A DNA stretch of 64,000 nucleotides from Eledone cirrhosa. Its lineage: Eukaryota. Location of the stretch: NCBI GenBank assembly GCA_964016885.1, contig OZ024748.1:5394001-5458000 (forward strand), in the 5' to 3' direction. Of the stretch, positions 28,353-45,306 are shown piece after piece (the first letter of the stretch is position 1; each line of letters starts with the position of its first letter). Position numbers and translations under genes: made by a program. The notes under the pieces were generated by a model. The model saw only the letters and a program-made list of their open reading frames with translations. It made no database searches and was not told the origin of the DNA.

Positions 28353-29588
28353 TATGTATATATATATATATGTATAAGTATATATATATATATATATACG
28401 TGTGTGTGGTGAGTATGTGCTAGTACGAGTGTGTGTAGTGTCAGTGAACTATGAACTAAGAAGGCTAAAGAAGTTGCTAAGTTTTGTAACGTTTGTAAAA
28501 ATTGCCTGATCTCATTAAATGCAATGTATTCGCCTGATTTACTCCTTAGTTAGACATAGTCTCACTGTTTCACTGCTGAATCAACTCCGTGGGGAAATTT
28601 CGAAATCCGTCTTCATTTATCAACTACGTTGATTGCTTAGCAGTAGAGAGGAGAGAGAGAGAGAGAGAGAGTGAGAGAGAGAGAGAGAGGGAGGGAGGGA
28701 GAGAGAGAGAGAGAGAGATGGAGAGAGATTGAGTGTCTTCTAGAGAGGGAAAGATAGAGAGAGAGGGAGAGAGAGCGTGAGTGAAAGAGAGAGAGAGAGA
28801 GAGAGGGGGGAGATAGAGAGAAAGAGAGAGAGAGAGAGAGTGAGAAATAGAGATGGAGAGAGATTGAGTGTCTTCTAGAGAGGGAAAGATAGAGAGAGAG
28901 GGAGAGAGAGAGAGAGAAGATGGTTGATGTTGGTGTTGATGCAGTGGTGGAGTGATGTAGGGGTGCTAGTGCTGGTGTGGGTGTTTGTGGTATTGGAGGT
29001 GGTGCTAGTGGTGGTGATGGTGTTGTTCGTGCTGGAAGTAATGGTGAGTGTGTTGGTGGTAGTTATGGTGGTAGTTATGTTGTGGTATCGTGGTGGTGGT
29101 GGTGGTGGTGGTGGTGGTGGTGTTTTTCGTGCTGGAAGTAATGGTGGGTGTGTTGGTGGTAGTTATGTTGTGGTATCGTGGTGGTGGTGGTGGTGGTGGT
29201 GGTGGTGGTGGTGTTTTTCGTGTCGAAAGTAATGGTGGTTGTATTGGTGTGGTGCTAGTGGTTGTGCTGGGTTTAGTTCAGGTGCTCGTGGTGGTTGTGC
29301 AAATGTCAGTGGCGGTGTGGCTATTTGTCGTGCCCATGGTGATTGTAGATGGCGGTGCTGGTGGTTGTTGGAGCTGTTTGTTGTGGTGTGTTTAGCGGTG
29401 GTATTGATGGTAGTTAGTTGTGGTGCTATTGGTGCTGGAAGTGTGGGTTCGGGTGATTGTGATGGTTATGGTGTTGGAAGATCATTGTATCAGGGATGTT
29501 GATCGTGTTAGTTTCCTGGTTTTCATTGCGGTGTCGTTGGTAGGGGTGGTATTAATGGTGGTTGTAAGTGTAACAATAATAAAGATGT

Positions 29589-29628
<40 letters not shown>

Positions 29629-29710
29629 TGAGTGCGTTTTATGTTGATATGTAGATGAGACAGGGAAAGTGGGAATTGGAGAGGTAGATTTGAAGATATA
29701 TATATGTGTA

Positions 29711-29807
<97 letters not shown>

Positions 29808-30318
29808 TTCTGTGTGTGTATAAATTTAGAAGCGGGAGTGTAAAAGAAATTTGTATATATATATATATATATATATACATCAATTTTTATAGTTCTGGTA
29901 TCTCGAATTAGTACCATAGAACAACAATTATATTATGGACACCCTATATATCTCTATGGGTACTTTGTACCCAGTGAGATATTTACCTCATTTATATATA
30001 TATATATATACATATATATAGGCTAGATTGCGATGTTCGCAATCGTATGGGTGTGTGTTGATATCTTATTTCTCGTTACTCCAGTTCATTCAGCTCTAGA
30101 AATGAGTCGCTGGTCTTCCAAACCGACCTTGCCCAGACTTGTCACTGAGAAGAGAATCTTCACAGGTCTAAATCCGAAGGTCTGTCAGACACATTCTTAA
30201 ACTAAATCTAAAATTACGAAGTCACTATATTAATTTCGGTTGAGATTGACAGTCTTACGTATATAGCAATACATTCAAATCCGATTATGAATAGTCTCAT
30301 GAGAGAGAGAGAGAGAGA

Positions 30319-30428
<110 letters not shown>

Positions 30429-30670
30429 AGAAAGGGGAAAATGGGGTGAAAGAGGAAGAAAAGAAAAGAGAAACTGAGGTAGAGAATAAATGAGAAATGA
30501 GAAATGTTCTTACTATGGCTGAGTTTATTTGACGCGAAGTATGGATGTATGTTTGTATGGTCTCGTAACTCCTGATTAGAGTCATAGGTGTGCCATATTG
30601 ACATACGGCCTTTCTTGGGCATTTTAAGCATTATTTGAATAGCCGAGCTTACCACATTTCCTCCGTTATA

Positions 30671-30728
<58 letters not shown>

Positions 30729-31023
30729 TATATAATGATATTGAAAGTTGAAAATAACAATAAAAATGATGATAATAGTAAGAGCTGTTAAGGTGATATG
30801 AAACAAAACATGATATATATAATGCAATGGAAGTTTACAGGATGCGTAATATATAATATACATATGATATTATATAATATACATGTATATTAAATAAAAT
30901 ATATTATATATTATAAAACATAATATATAATACATGTATATACATACACACATGTTTATATATATATACACCTGGGGATGAAATATATATGCGTGAGCCA
31001 TAAGAGAAAACATTTCAATCCAT

Positions 31024-31100
<77 letters not shown>

Positions 31101-31526
31101 CATATATATATGTATGTGTGTGTGTGTGTTGGAGGATGTGCATGAGTACCACAGTGTGTTAAGATACCAAAAAATCAAAATCACTCTAACATAAGATATT
31201 TAAAGATAATTTTGAAGCTTTCTTCTCTTTTTGCCATTGTTTCCCGCCTCTTATGTATAGTATCTATCCATCTATCTATCTATATATATATCTATTCTGG
31301 TATTATTGTTCCCATATATCTATCCTTATATGTATTATATCATCTACCTTCGTCTCCTCGATTTCTGCATATCTCTAAGGATTAAGTACATCTACATAAA
31401 ACGTAAACATATATCTATACTCAGGCATTCATAGATAAAAACAAATCACATAGATATAGATCACGAACAAAAATATCCATATTCATATAAATAGTTAGGT
31501 TTTATACAAAATATTAACGTATATGC

Positions 31527-31593
<67 letters not shown>

Positions 31594-31752
31594 CATATGC
31601 ATACATATATGTATACATATATATAGAGATAATAGAGATAGATAGGTATAAATGGATATAGTCATATATATGTTTGTGTGTGTATGTATATGTAAATATA
31701 CATGTGAGTGTTCATTCTATTCGTGGGGATACACATAGGTAGGAATATACAG

Positions 31753-31808
<56 letters not shown>

Positions 31809-31916
31809 ACACACACATAAACGCACTTACAATAGTAAGTTCACATACATTTACAAATTGAAGGCTTCTTTAAACTATACAAACATATATATATATATAT
31901 GTGTATACACACACAC

Positions 31917-32009
<93 letters not shown>

Positions 32010-32179
32010 CACGTTTATGCAAGCGCACATGTACAATTATATATCCACATATATATATAATTTAAGGAAAAATGAAAAGATTGTGGCAAAAATGCCAAAA
32101 CCCGAATACTGAGCCTCCAATAAAGAAAAAGAAAAAGAATACTTTACAATTTCTATACATGTTGTAGTCCATATATACA

Positions 32180-32213
<34 letters not shown>

Positions 32214-32386
32214 TGTATATATATATATTCGAAGAAATTGTAAATGAAAGGAGAGATATATGACAAGAAAGAAATAAAGGAACAAAAAATAAAAAGTGAA
32301 CATAAATTTAAATAGTACGAATATAAAAATTGATTGAAATATTCAATTTATTGATTTCTTTTCATTTTTTGTAATATACATGCATA

Positions 32387-32424
<38 letters not shown>

Positions 32425-33328
32425 AATACATTTATATATACATATGTATATATATAGATATATATATATACACATATATGTATGTATGTATATATATGTA
32501 TATATGTCTGTGTGTGTGTATACAAATATTCAATTTAAATCTCCACTACATATTTTTATACATATATATATGTATGTATATATAAGTATATGTATATATA
32601 TATATATATGTGTGTGTGTGGGTGTGTGTGTATATACATATATATATATATATACATATATTATTGTTCTTTAAGTTTGAGAGGGTGTGTAGCATCCGTC
32701 TATAATCATCTCCAATATTTTCTGTCTCACGTAAACTAAGAATGTTCCAGAAATTCGAGATGACTTCCGGTTTAAAATCTTGTAAGAAACAAGAATGCTG
32801 AAAGTTATTGTAGATGTTGTCGTACGTACTGAGTGTGGTGGTGGTGGTGGTGGTGGTGGTGGGGATGGTTGTGGTGGTGGTGGTGGTGATGGTGGAGGTT
32901 GTGGTGGTGGTGGTGGTGGATGGTGGTGGTGGTGGCGATGATGATGAGAATAGAAGTAATCACTGTTGTAGGGGGTGGTGTTGTTAATAGTAGTGAGTGA
33001 AAGCATGGTAATGGAAAGAAGAAAACGGATTTCAATTGTCAAGTCCTTCGTTCAGAATATTTCTTTGATCAAACGCCACACTCCGCCATTCTCAGTCCGT
33101 TCCCCACCAACACGACCACCACTACCACAGCTAAAACGAAACTTGCATTAAGTTCCCACATGGCTGTGTGAATATATGTGTGTATGTGTATATGATAGTA
33201 TTTGTGTTAGTCAGTAAGTAATTGTGTATATCTTAGAATGAATATGCATCTATACATCAGGATATATATTTACATACTGTCATACACAAACACACATACA
33301 CGCATAGATATTTGAATATACATACATG

Positions 33329-33360
<32 letters not shown>

Positions 33361-33442
33361 ATATATATGATATATATATATGATATATACATATATACAT
33401 ATTTATATATAAATATGATATATACATACATATATATATAAT

Positions 33443-33541
<99 letters not shown>

Positions 33542-34076
33542 TATATACATATATATATATATGGGAGGGCTTATGTATATGCGTTTCAACAAGGAAGGAT
33601 CTACATCCATGACTATAAACGCTCCTACATTGTCACACACACTTGTGTAATGTTTTACTACTGTTCCCCTCCCTCGTCTTCTAAAACTTCTTGTTTTTCT
33701 TCTTTTCGGATGGTTATTATTATCATTATTATGAATATTGTTGTTGTTTATGTTGCTGTTTTATAAGTCCTTATCTGAAAAATGCAAAATACCTATCTTA
33801 AACGCCAGTCTGCGATGTCACATCTAAATTTCTAATAAATACAACACGTATGAATTCTTATATATATATATATATATATATATACAATTATATTTATATA
33901 TATATTTATATATACATACATATATATATATACATATATTTATATATTCATATATATATACATATATATATACATACATATATATATATACATATATATA
34001 TATACATATGTATATATATATACATATACATATATATATATATATATATATACACATACTTATATATATACATATT

Positions 34077-34229
<153 letters not shown>

Positions 34230-34274
34230 GTGTATATATATACATATATACACATATTTATATATATACATATT

Positions 34275-34327
<53 letters not shown>

Positions 34328-34593
34328 CCTCTCTGGAATATCTGGGATATTTTGGCATTGAAATTATACAATAAGAAATGCAAGAAATATAAAAATAGCC
34401 GCAAGAAACACAAAATGAAAACAGGATAATGAAATAATAATAAGTATATTCATAGTAAAGAAGATTCTGCGGAAGATTATGAGGGTGATAATAGAAAATC
34501 TGTCTAATACCTATATCTCTTCCTTTTTGTTCTTTCATGTATCTTCACAAAGAAACAACTTCACTCAGGAGAAAACATAACACATCTGCTGAA

Positions 34594-34628
<35 letters not shown>

Positions 34629-34747
34629 TATCTGTGTATGTATGTATATGTGTCTTTGTGTGTATGTCTGTTTATGTCTATGTATGAATCTATCTATCTT
34701 TCCCTCGCTGTCCCTCTCTCTCTCTCTCTCTTCTCTTGCTCTCTCAC

Positions 34748-34803
<56 letters not shown>

Positions 34804-34806
34804 CGT

Positions 34807-34917
34807 ATGTCGTTGGTATTACTCTGGGGTTTCGCCTGCTTATCAAAGTTCGGATGACCCCGTGATAACCAGGGAAATGCCAGAATATCAACATTCGCTA
34901 TTTAGCCATAATAAATA

Positions 34918-34920
<3 letters not shown>
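34807..34920 (+). mobile_element. Degenerate hammerhead-bearing Penelope-like terminus with an inverted partial copy
   Basis: CGGATGA 34851 (one change from CTGATGA), CC..GG stem, GAAA, downstream AATAAA; 34807-34845 is an inverted copy whose reverse complement reads TGATAAGCAGGCGAAACCCCAGAGTA. Confidence 0.5.
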
Positions 34921-34984
<64 letters not shown>

Positions 34985-35535
34985 GTATATATTCATTTAT
35001 TATGACTATATATATGTATACACACACACATATATTGGTTGGTTATACATGTCTTCTATCATCCTCGCAATACCTGCGCATGCAGCCTAATCATTACCCA
35101 CGAATAACTTTATAGAATCTGGGCGGCGAAATGATTGCTGATGATTATATGGAAGTAATCACATACCCAGCCTGGTTTATTGGAAACCGATAGCGTTAAG
35201 GTAAATATGTTTTTCCCGTGTGTTCGTCGTTGTCATATGTTCACAAGTCCTTCTAATAATAAATTAATTGTCTGTCTCAAGCTATGAATTCATTTCGTGT
35301 AACATTGAGTATTTATCAGATATTCATATAAATCGATTCTTATGTTATACTGCAAATATGACAACGATAATTTTAATACATCTAAGTATGTATTTTTCTT
35401 AATATATCTATCTACCTATACATCTATTTATCTATCTTTCTTAATGGTGCTACGTCATTATATTCTAGTGAGATACTTCCTCCGAAATTTGGTACAGAGT
35501 GATGATACAAGAGCCGAACCGAGAACAACATGAAC

Positions 35536-36145
35536 AATAATTGTTTCTCCTTTTGCACAAGGCCAGCAATTATCCCAGTGAATTACTGGTACTTTATTTT
35601 ATCGACCCCGTAAGGATGAAAGGCAAAGTTAATCTCGGCGGGATTTGAATTCAGACCGTAAAGGAGCGTAACTCTTTGCTGCAAAGCATGGCGTCAAACC
35701 ACGGTTTCCTATATAGGCACAAGATCAGCGATTCTTTGGTGGGGAGGGGAAACTCGATCAAATCGACCCCACTGCGTGACTGGTACTTTATTTTATCGAC
35801 CCCGCAAGGTTGAATGTTAAGGTTAACCTCGATGGGATTTGAACTCAGATCATAAAGGGCCGTAACTCTATGCTGCAAAGCATGGCATCGACCCTCTACC
35901 GATACTGCCATGAATAATAATAATGATGATGATTTCTGCTATAGGTACAAGGCCAATAATTTGGGGGGGTGGAGGGGAAAATCGATTAAATCGACACCAG
36001 TTCATTACTGTTGCTTTATTTATCGACCATGTAAAGATGAACGGCAAAGCTAAACTCGGTAGGATTTGAACTCAGAACGTAAAGGGCCATTATTCTATGC
36101 TATAAATTATAGTATCCGGCGCTCTATCGATACTGCCATTCTACT
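35536..36145 (-). mobile_element. Three consecutive co-oriented SINE family A copies (35536-35700, 35705-35910, 35933-36145)
   Basis: Each has CAAG(G/A)(C/T)CA..TTTATCGACC..GGATTTGAA(C/T)TCAG; the first is short form, the other two long form. Confidence 0.9.
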
Positions 36146-36728
36146 AAACTTGTCAAATTCTACGGTAATTTTTTTGCCCTTGGACTTTTCAATGAAACTT
36201 ATAAGTTTAATATTTGATTTGCTAGCTCAACTAAAAAAAACTTTGATCCGAGATCTTCTCACTCCGGGATTGAATCAACGAATTGGACATCTGCTTCAGA
36301 AACTCCAAGAGCAATATATGTAGGATTAGATGGTCACTCGTCTCTACCACTGGACAATCTGAACATCCAGTACGTCCCATTTTTAGTCAAAGCAGCCTGT
36401 AAGATACATTTAAAAAAAAACAAAACTTTATTTTCCATGAAAAATATTGTCAGATATATAAATTACATTGCATCTTTGTGATCGTTGTTTTCTCTAGCGC
36501 ATCCACCATATTTATGGATTTTATAACCCTAAATTGAACCCATTTGATGAACCCATTAATCACATATCAATAATTACCCTGATATACATATTCAGTGCCA
36601 CCCTACCCCTCATGTTCCATACTGGTCCATGATCTAAACACTTTTTGCTCAATCGTTTCACCTCCCAGAACAAAAAACCTTTATAACTTCCACTCTCGAT
36701 TCCCCGATTCCTCCTCTCTCTCTCTCCG

Positions 36729-36798
<70 letters not shown>

Positions 36799-36955
36799 CT
36801 CTCTCTCTGTTCTCTACCACTCTGCCCATGTTTCTGCTCCTCGAACATCATATTTATGAATATGTTCACAGCATGAGTATATGTTTCAGAAAGCAAAGTC
36901 CATCTTTCGTGTATATGTATGTCTGATCATATGAATGTGTTCGTGTTGGGATACG

Positions 36956-36993
<38 letters not shown>

Positions 36994-38006
36994 CACATAC
37001 ATATGTATATATATGTATATACATATATATATATGTATATATGCATATATGCTATGTATATATATATATATATATATAATGTTTCCATATATATTTTGGA
37101 TTATTTTTACACGACACTTCGGACGTAATTCCTGGTTTTGTTCAAGTCTTTGATGTGGTTCTTTGTTGAACCTATTTTAAAAATTAATACTATGCAATAT
37201 TGATTTTTTACCGCATTGATTTTTTTATATAGAAAATATGGTTATTTTTGTTGTTGCTTTATTTCAGAAATTTTTATTTCATATTATTTTAAGTATAATT
37301 TTTTAATGATATGTATTATTTTTTATAAATGTGTTAGTAGCAAATGCAAGGTATTTACTCACACACATGTACAGATAGAAAGGCATACACATTCATACAT
37401 ACAGACATACATATATGCATACACACATACCTAAATACATGCGTACATACATACATATGCCCATACGTTCATACATACATACATACATACATACATACAT
37501 ACATACATACATACATACATACATACGTACATACATACATACGTACGCCCATACGTACATACGAACATACATCCCTACATATATACATACTTCATATATT
37601 CATACATACATACAAGCAAGTTCTAGGTACTCACACACACATTTACGTATAGTGGTTTAAACAAAACATAGAGATACACATATCTATTACTTATAATTAT
37701 ACATATCTATATATATTGAAGTATATAGGTGTAAATAATTATATGTACATATATGAATATGTGTATGTGTATGAGTAAGCCTGTGCTTGAATATGTCTGT
37801 GTAAGTAAGTGTAAGAATGTGTGTGTGTGTGTTCTTTTTATCTCAACTCTAACACAATTTTTTTTACAATGTCGATAAATTTTAAATCTTTTTGAAAATG
37901 TAGAAAAAGAAAAAAGAGTCCAAATAATATAAGTATATATATATATATATGAATATATACATTGCTTCAAAAATTGATTCAAACTTATATACACACATAT
38001 GCAAAA

Positions 38007-38037
<31 letters not shown>

Positions 38038-38064
38038 CATATATATATGTGTGTGTGTGTGTGT

Positions 38065-38175
<111 letters not shown>

Positions 38176-38374
38176 TGTGCGGGTCTGTATGTGTGTGTAT
38201 GTGTACATGTATGAAAACTTTTTATATATCTGTATAAAAACAAAGTTCGGATTCTAAATACCGAAGTTATTTTAAAAATATAGACAGAAGATGGAACAGA
38301 GTAAAGTGATCGATATATCGATAGACAGACAGTAGAACAGACATTCTAAAAATGTATGCAATGCATATGTATAT

Positions 38375-38417
<43 letters not shown>

Positions 38418-38531
38418 TATACATATATATACATATATACATATCTATATATACATTCATATATACATATATTTATATATAAATATACATATATACATAT
38501 ATATACATATATACATATGTATATATATATG

Positions 38532-38593
<62 letters not shown>

Positions 38594-38602
38594 TATATAC
38601 AC

Positions 38603-38664
<62 letters not shown>

Positions 38665-38807
38665 GCATGTATATATGTGTATGTATATATATATATATAT
38701 ATATACATATATATATGTATATATATATATACATACATATATACATATATTTATATATAAATATACATATATACATATATATACATATATACATATATAT
38801 ATATGGG

Positions 38808-38846
<39 letters not shown>

Positions 38847-38849
38847 ATA

Positions 38850-39061
<212 letters not shown>

Positions 39062-39292
39062 ACGGAAACAACGACAGAGACGATGAGATTATGAGAGAAA
39101 AAAGAGATCAAGCCACGATTTTATTGAACCCTTGATTAACCATCTGTAACCGGTGAATAAAACAAAAAAACATCTTTCCAGCACAAAGAGGCTCCCATAC
39201 CTTACACACATACACAGATATACACATACAGCCACATAATCCCACACAACTGCGGAGTCACATACGCATACTCAGGCACATACATACATACT

Positions 39293-39326
<34 letters not shown>

Positions 39327-39432
39327 TATATACACACATATATATATATACATATATACATATATATATACATACATATATATATGTATATATATATATA
39401 CATATATATATATACATATATATACATATGGG

Positions 39433-39847
<415 letters not shown>

Positions 39848-40273
39848 ACCAAGAATCAGAGACAGAATTGAACAAACTCCGAGCAGGAACTAATTATGGA
39901 AATTCCAAAACATTGAGTAGCTTGATCATATTGATTTATGACATCAACACAAGGACATATTCTTATTATTATTTGTATTTCTTTTTCGTAGTGATGTAGT
40001 CGGTATAGTCGATTAAATCAATCCTTGCATTTGGCTGCTGTTCATTTTTTTAATATTTTTACTATGAACTAATATAATTATTACAGATGTCGACTTTGTC
40101 CTCGTTCGAACTCAGATCACAAAAAAATAAAATGAATGTATTCATTATATTGACTGACGAGATTATTTCGTTTCTACTCTCTACTCAATTTTATAGTTTT
40201 TCTGAACTGTGATAGGGTATATCAGATTTTATAAATAGCGGTAGTTTTATCATTTTACTTGAATCTCATTGAC

Positions 40274-40420
40274 GCATAGAGTTACGGCCCTTGTCATTCT
40301 GAGCTAAAATGCCGCCGAGGTTAACTTTGCCTTTCATCCTTACGGGGTCGATAAAATAAAGTACCAGTAATACACTGGGAAATTGCTGGCCTTGTGCCAA
40401 AGGTAGAAACAATTATTATT
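40274..40420 (+). mobile_element. 5'-truncated SINE family A (short form)
   Basis: CGAGGTTAACTTTGCCTTTCATCCTTACGGGGTCGATAAAATAAAGTACCAGTAAT is identical to the 6772 copy. Confidence 0.9.
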
Positions 40421-41554
40421 GTGTACAACGAAAATTGTTTAAAGGAACATATCCTCAAATTCGTGTCTGCATTGCAAACTCGAAGCAATGGGAACTCGCC
40501 TAAACGCACCCGAGGAACAACTTGCTAACCACTCAAACAGAATAGTTACCATTTTCCGACGTTCATAAGATAGTTATTGAACATATATTCCGCTCCCCAA
40601 TGGAAATCTTAAATTAATAAACGCGAATAAATTTAGACCTGCTGACATATAACCGACTTTTTTCTCGTGTATTACAAAGTGGAAGATTGTCTTAAGAATA
40701 ATCAGCTCTTAAATACACGGAGATGGTCGTAGCTGGAATGGTTAGAGCTGAAATATCTTTGGTAATAAATCTCCTGGATCAGTGTTAATCTGGGGATAAA
40801 GAAGAACAGCATTAATAACAACGAGATATTTTACTCATCATTGCAAACTGTTGTAATATCTACGGATGTTAGTGCAGCTCCTATTTCTTATTTTTCGATA
40901 TTTATCTAGCTGTTGTGACGACTGTTGTCTTCTGGTTTTGTTGATACCAATGATGACATTTGAACAGTTTGCAGTTGGTGCTGATCTTTCCAATGTTGCA
41001 ATTGTTGTTAATATTATTGTTGTTGTCAGATTTAATTTGCAAATAGCCACTGCAAAGATTTGCTTCCTTCGCACAAGCTCCAAAGCTGCTTCTGACTGCC
41101 AAGATGTAGTTTTTTTGTGTGTGTTTGTGTGTGTTTTTTTTTAGCGAATTAATTGCTATCATGACAGATTCTATCTGCCTTCTTTGTCAGGATACGCTTG
41201 GACGAGCTTTTAAAACTTGACCTACGCAGATGTCACCATTCCTCTTAATGCTTGCTAACTATAGAGAAAAAAAAATACATTTAAAATAAGATGAAAAGTG
41301 AACGCAATGTAACAACAACAACAACAACAGTGATAAACAAAGTGGAAAACGAAAGAAAAAAAATATTTTCAAACCTCGACCAATGAAATGAAACCTGTGC
41401 AATATCTCCAGTGACCTTCGTTGACATGTCAACTTCTGAATGAAGAAAAATCAAAGTAATGATTTCACAAAACCTATTGCAAACAAGGAAAAAGAAGGAA
41501 AAAATGTTGAAATGATTTGACGATACTTCATTACGTCGACGGTGACAAAATATT

Positions 41555-41765
41555 ATGATAGTGGTGATGATGGTGATGATGATGATCACGTGGATGATGG
41601 TCGTGATGATGATGACGATGATGATGTTGGTGGTGATGATGGGGATGGTGCTGATGGTGCTGATGATGATGGCGAGGTTGATGGTGGTGATGATGATGAT
41701 GATGAGGATGGTGCTGATGGTGCTGATGATGATAGCGCTGATGGCGAGGATGATGGTGGGGGTGA

Positions 41766-41847
<82 letters not shown>

Positions 41848-42059
41848 GGTGATGAGGATGAGGATGAGGATGATGACGACGATGATGATGCTGATGGTGA
41901 TGGTGATGTCGGTAGTGGTGGTGGAAGTGATGGTGGTGGTGGTGGTGGTCGTCGTCGATGTGGTGTTGTTCAAGATAACGATGATGATATTTATGGTGAT
42001 GTTGATTCTGACGATGTTAGTAATGATAATCATGGTGTCTTTGATGATGACAACGATAG

Positions 42060-42096
<37 letters not shown>

Positions 42097-42117
42097 CATC
42101 ATCATCATCATCATTAT
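41555..42117. repeat. Imperfect (GAT)n/(GGT)n/(GCT)n array
   Basis: Direct reading; open in several frames only because the triplets lack stops. Confidence 0.95.
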
Positions 42118-42308
42118 GACATTGGTGGAGACCAAGAAACTCGTCGATCCAGTCTTGTTTCTCAACGTTTAAGCACGGCGTGCATTTTTTCAATAAAAAG
42201 AAATATGTATCTTTTAAGCCTGGAGTTAGATCCTTTACAAAATTATTTTCAGTGTGTGTCCATATAATATTAACCACACACACACATACAGAGAGAGAGT
42301 GAGAGAGA

Positions 42309-42387
<79 letters not shown>

Positions 42388-42802
42388 AGAGAGAGAGAGA
42401 AAGAGAAACATTCACAGGTACACAGAAGCACATATACATGCTGACATGCACATATATATATATATATACATATACAGACACATTTAAACACTCATATATA
42501 TGCATATATATGAATGAACGTGAAGACAAGTTTATGTAATCACATAATTAGACTTATTGTGTTATGCGTATTTCAGCAACGCCAGCGAGTTGCAGTTACA
42601 TAATAACAGCTTCAACTAGCATGGATTTATCATACAATATTTTGCTTTTAAATTGAGGTTACACAAGAAAATATAAATGTCGAGGGAAGACACACAAAAT
42701 TGGTCGTCAGCCTCTCCTTAAAAACCATACCAACAACTTTATCATTATTTTGTACCATTACTTCATGGATCGAGATGGTAAAGCTGAAGTTAAAGAAATT
42801 TC

Positions 42803-42892
<90 letters not shown>

Positions 42893-43136
42893 TGTATATA
42901 TATATACTGTATATATATAAGAGAATGAGTTGAGCGGTTTCATGTGTCTCTGTATATATATGTGTGTTTTTAACGATATCTAATATGATATGCCAGCTCA
43001 ACAGGAAGGTTACCATAGTTATGTGTGGTCTGGAAATATAACAGCAGCTGCTTCATCATCCTTAATGGTAAAAAAATGACACGTCCTACTTACTAACTTA
43101 CTCACACATACAAAATGACAGACGTCTCTTGCCTAA

Positions 43137-43192
<56 letters not shown>

Positions 43193-43197
43193 TATAT

Positions 43198-43235
<38 letters not shown>

Positions 43236-43250
43236 GTCTGTCTCTATATA

Positions 43251-43355
<105 letters not shown>

Positions 43356-43889
43356 ATACAAATATCTATATATCTATATCTATATATATATATATATAAA
43401 GACAAAAATCAACACTATCTGATATTGTGGATTATTAAATGATGCATTAATATTTACTCTTCTCTCTTTATATAAAACCTCAGTTTGTTCCTCTACTTCC
43501 GCCTCTGCCTCTTTAGTAATGTTTGTTATTGTTGCTGCACCTGAGATCCTTGTCTTACTTATTATTATTATTACTACTCTATATAATGCTGAGGATGATG
43601 ATGATGATGATGCTCTATTTCACAATACCCACCCAGGCTGTAATGATATTTCATAGCAATAGAGTGAGAAATATTGTGAGAAATAATGAGAGAGAAAGTG
43701 AGAGAGATAGGGTAAGAAAATGTGAGAGAGAGTGAGGAAATGTGTGTGGGAGGGAAAGAGAGATAGATAGAGATAGAGAGCAAATAAAAAGTAAGTCATA
43801 TCTTTTATATTTGTCTGCTTATATTTAAGATTCTTATCATTAAGACACACACATTTATACCTCCGTATGCATATGTGTGAATGTTTGCT

Positions 43890-43982
<93 letters not shown>

Positions 43983-44709
43983 TATGTATATATATATGTG
44001 TGTATATATATATAAGTGTATATATATATGTGTGTATACACACATATATATATATACACTTATATATATATACACACATATATATATACATATATATGTA
44101 TATATATATGTGTGTATATATATATAAGTGTATATATATATGTGTATATATATATATATATGTGTATATATATATATTTATAAATATATTTATATATATA
44201 TATTTATAAATATATATATATATTTTTGTATATATATATATATATATATATGTTTATATATACGTGTGTGAATATATATATGTGTGTGTTTGTGTATATG
44301 TATATATTACATCCTTTAGAGATAGCCGTGTTCCACTGTGTTTGAGATATTATACCAGAAGGTAAGAGTGACTATCAGACCACACTTTTGGCTTTTCTAA
44401 ATATAAAAGTCAAAGACAATAATAATGAAATAGTGAAAAGTGTGTTAGCTTTAAAACATTTAAATGTCGTATATATATATATATATTTGGTTTGCTTTTA
44501 TCCTTCTATGTTGTTTACTTGTCCCCCTCGCTTTACGTGATTCACTGGTCCCAATAACTTCTTTTAGTTATTGCTCGCACCAACCTGAGGTATCTGATTT
44601 TTAATGCGATGAAATACCAATGATGGTTGGAAAATCACTGACGAAGGACTATTTTTATCATATGTAACCTATGTGCAACCACGCAGTATTCTTCTTTCTT
44701 CTCATATTT

Positions 44710-44796
<87 letters not shown>

Positions 44797-44867
44797 AAAA
44801 GATAACAAGGACGATTGGTTACTCCTTCATTACTCCGAGTGAACCTACAGTAACTCCAAGTTACACT

Positions 44868-44907
<40 letters not shown>

Positions 44908-45065
44908 TGTAATATCTCTTCTTAAAATGCTCTTTTTATTTCTATCTATCATTGTAAATGATTGCTGTGTCGTGTGTTCTATTGTAGTAAAAAGATTCAT
45001 CCGTTCATGTATATATTTCGACAATACATTTTTCTGTTTCTTCTTTGTGATCCTGTCTCTATTTT

Positions 45066-45103
45066 GTACTCCTGAAGAAGGGCTTATGTCCGAAACGTAG
45101 AAC
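45066..45103 (+). ncRNA. Minimal type I hammerhead ribozyme motif (Penelope-like)
   Basis: CTGAAGA 45072-45078, extra A, stem II GGGC/GTCC with TTAT loop, GAAA 45092-45095, palindromic ACGT stem III, GUA triplet; stem I weak. Confidence 0.65.
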
Positions 45104-45199
45104 TTTATTTCCTCATTCCAATATATAGCATGGAGCTAATAATATTTCTTGTACCTTTGTTTGTTGTCTATTTGAATTGTATTTATATATATATATATT

Positions 45200-45306
<107 letters not shown>

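Noticed and set aside
41281-42267. 241-aa Asp-rich ORF resembling acidic biomineralisation proteins, and the overlapping 294-aa and 205-aa ORFs
   Set aside because: Imperfect (GAT)n open in several frames on both strands, non-ATG start for the Asp-rich frame and no signal peptide; similar arrays occur at 9725 and 55340
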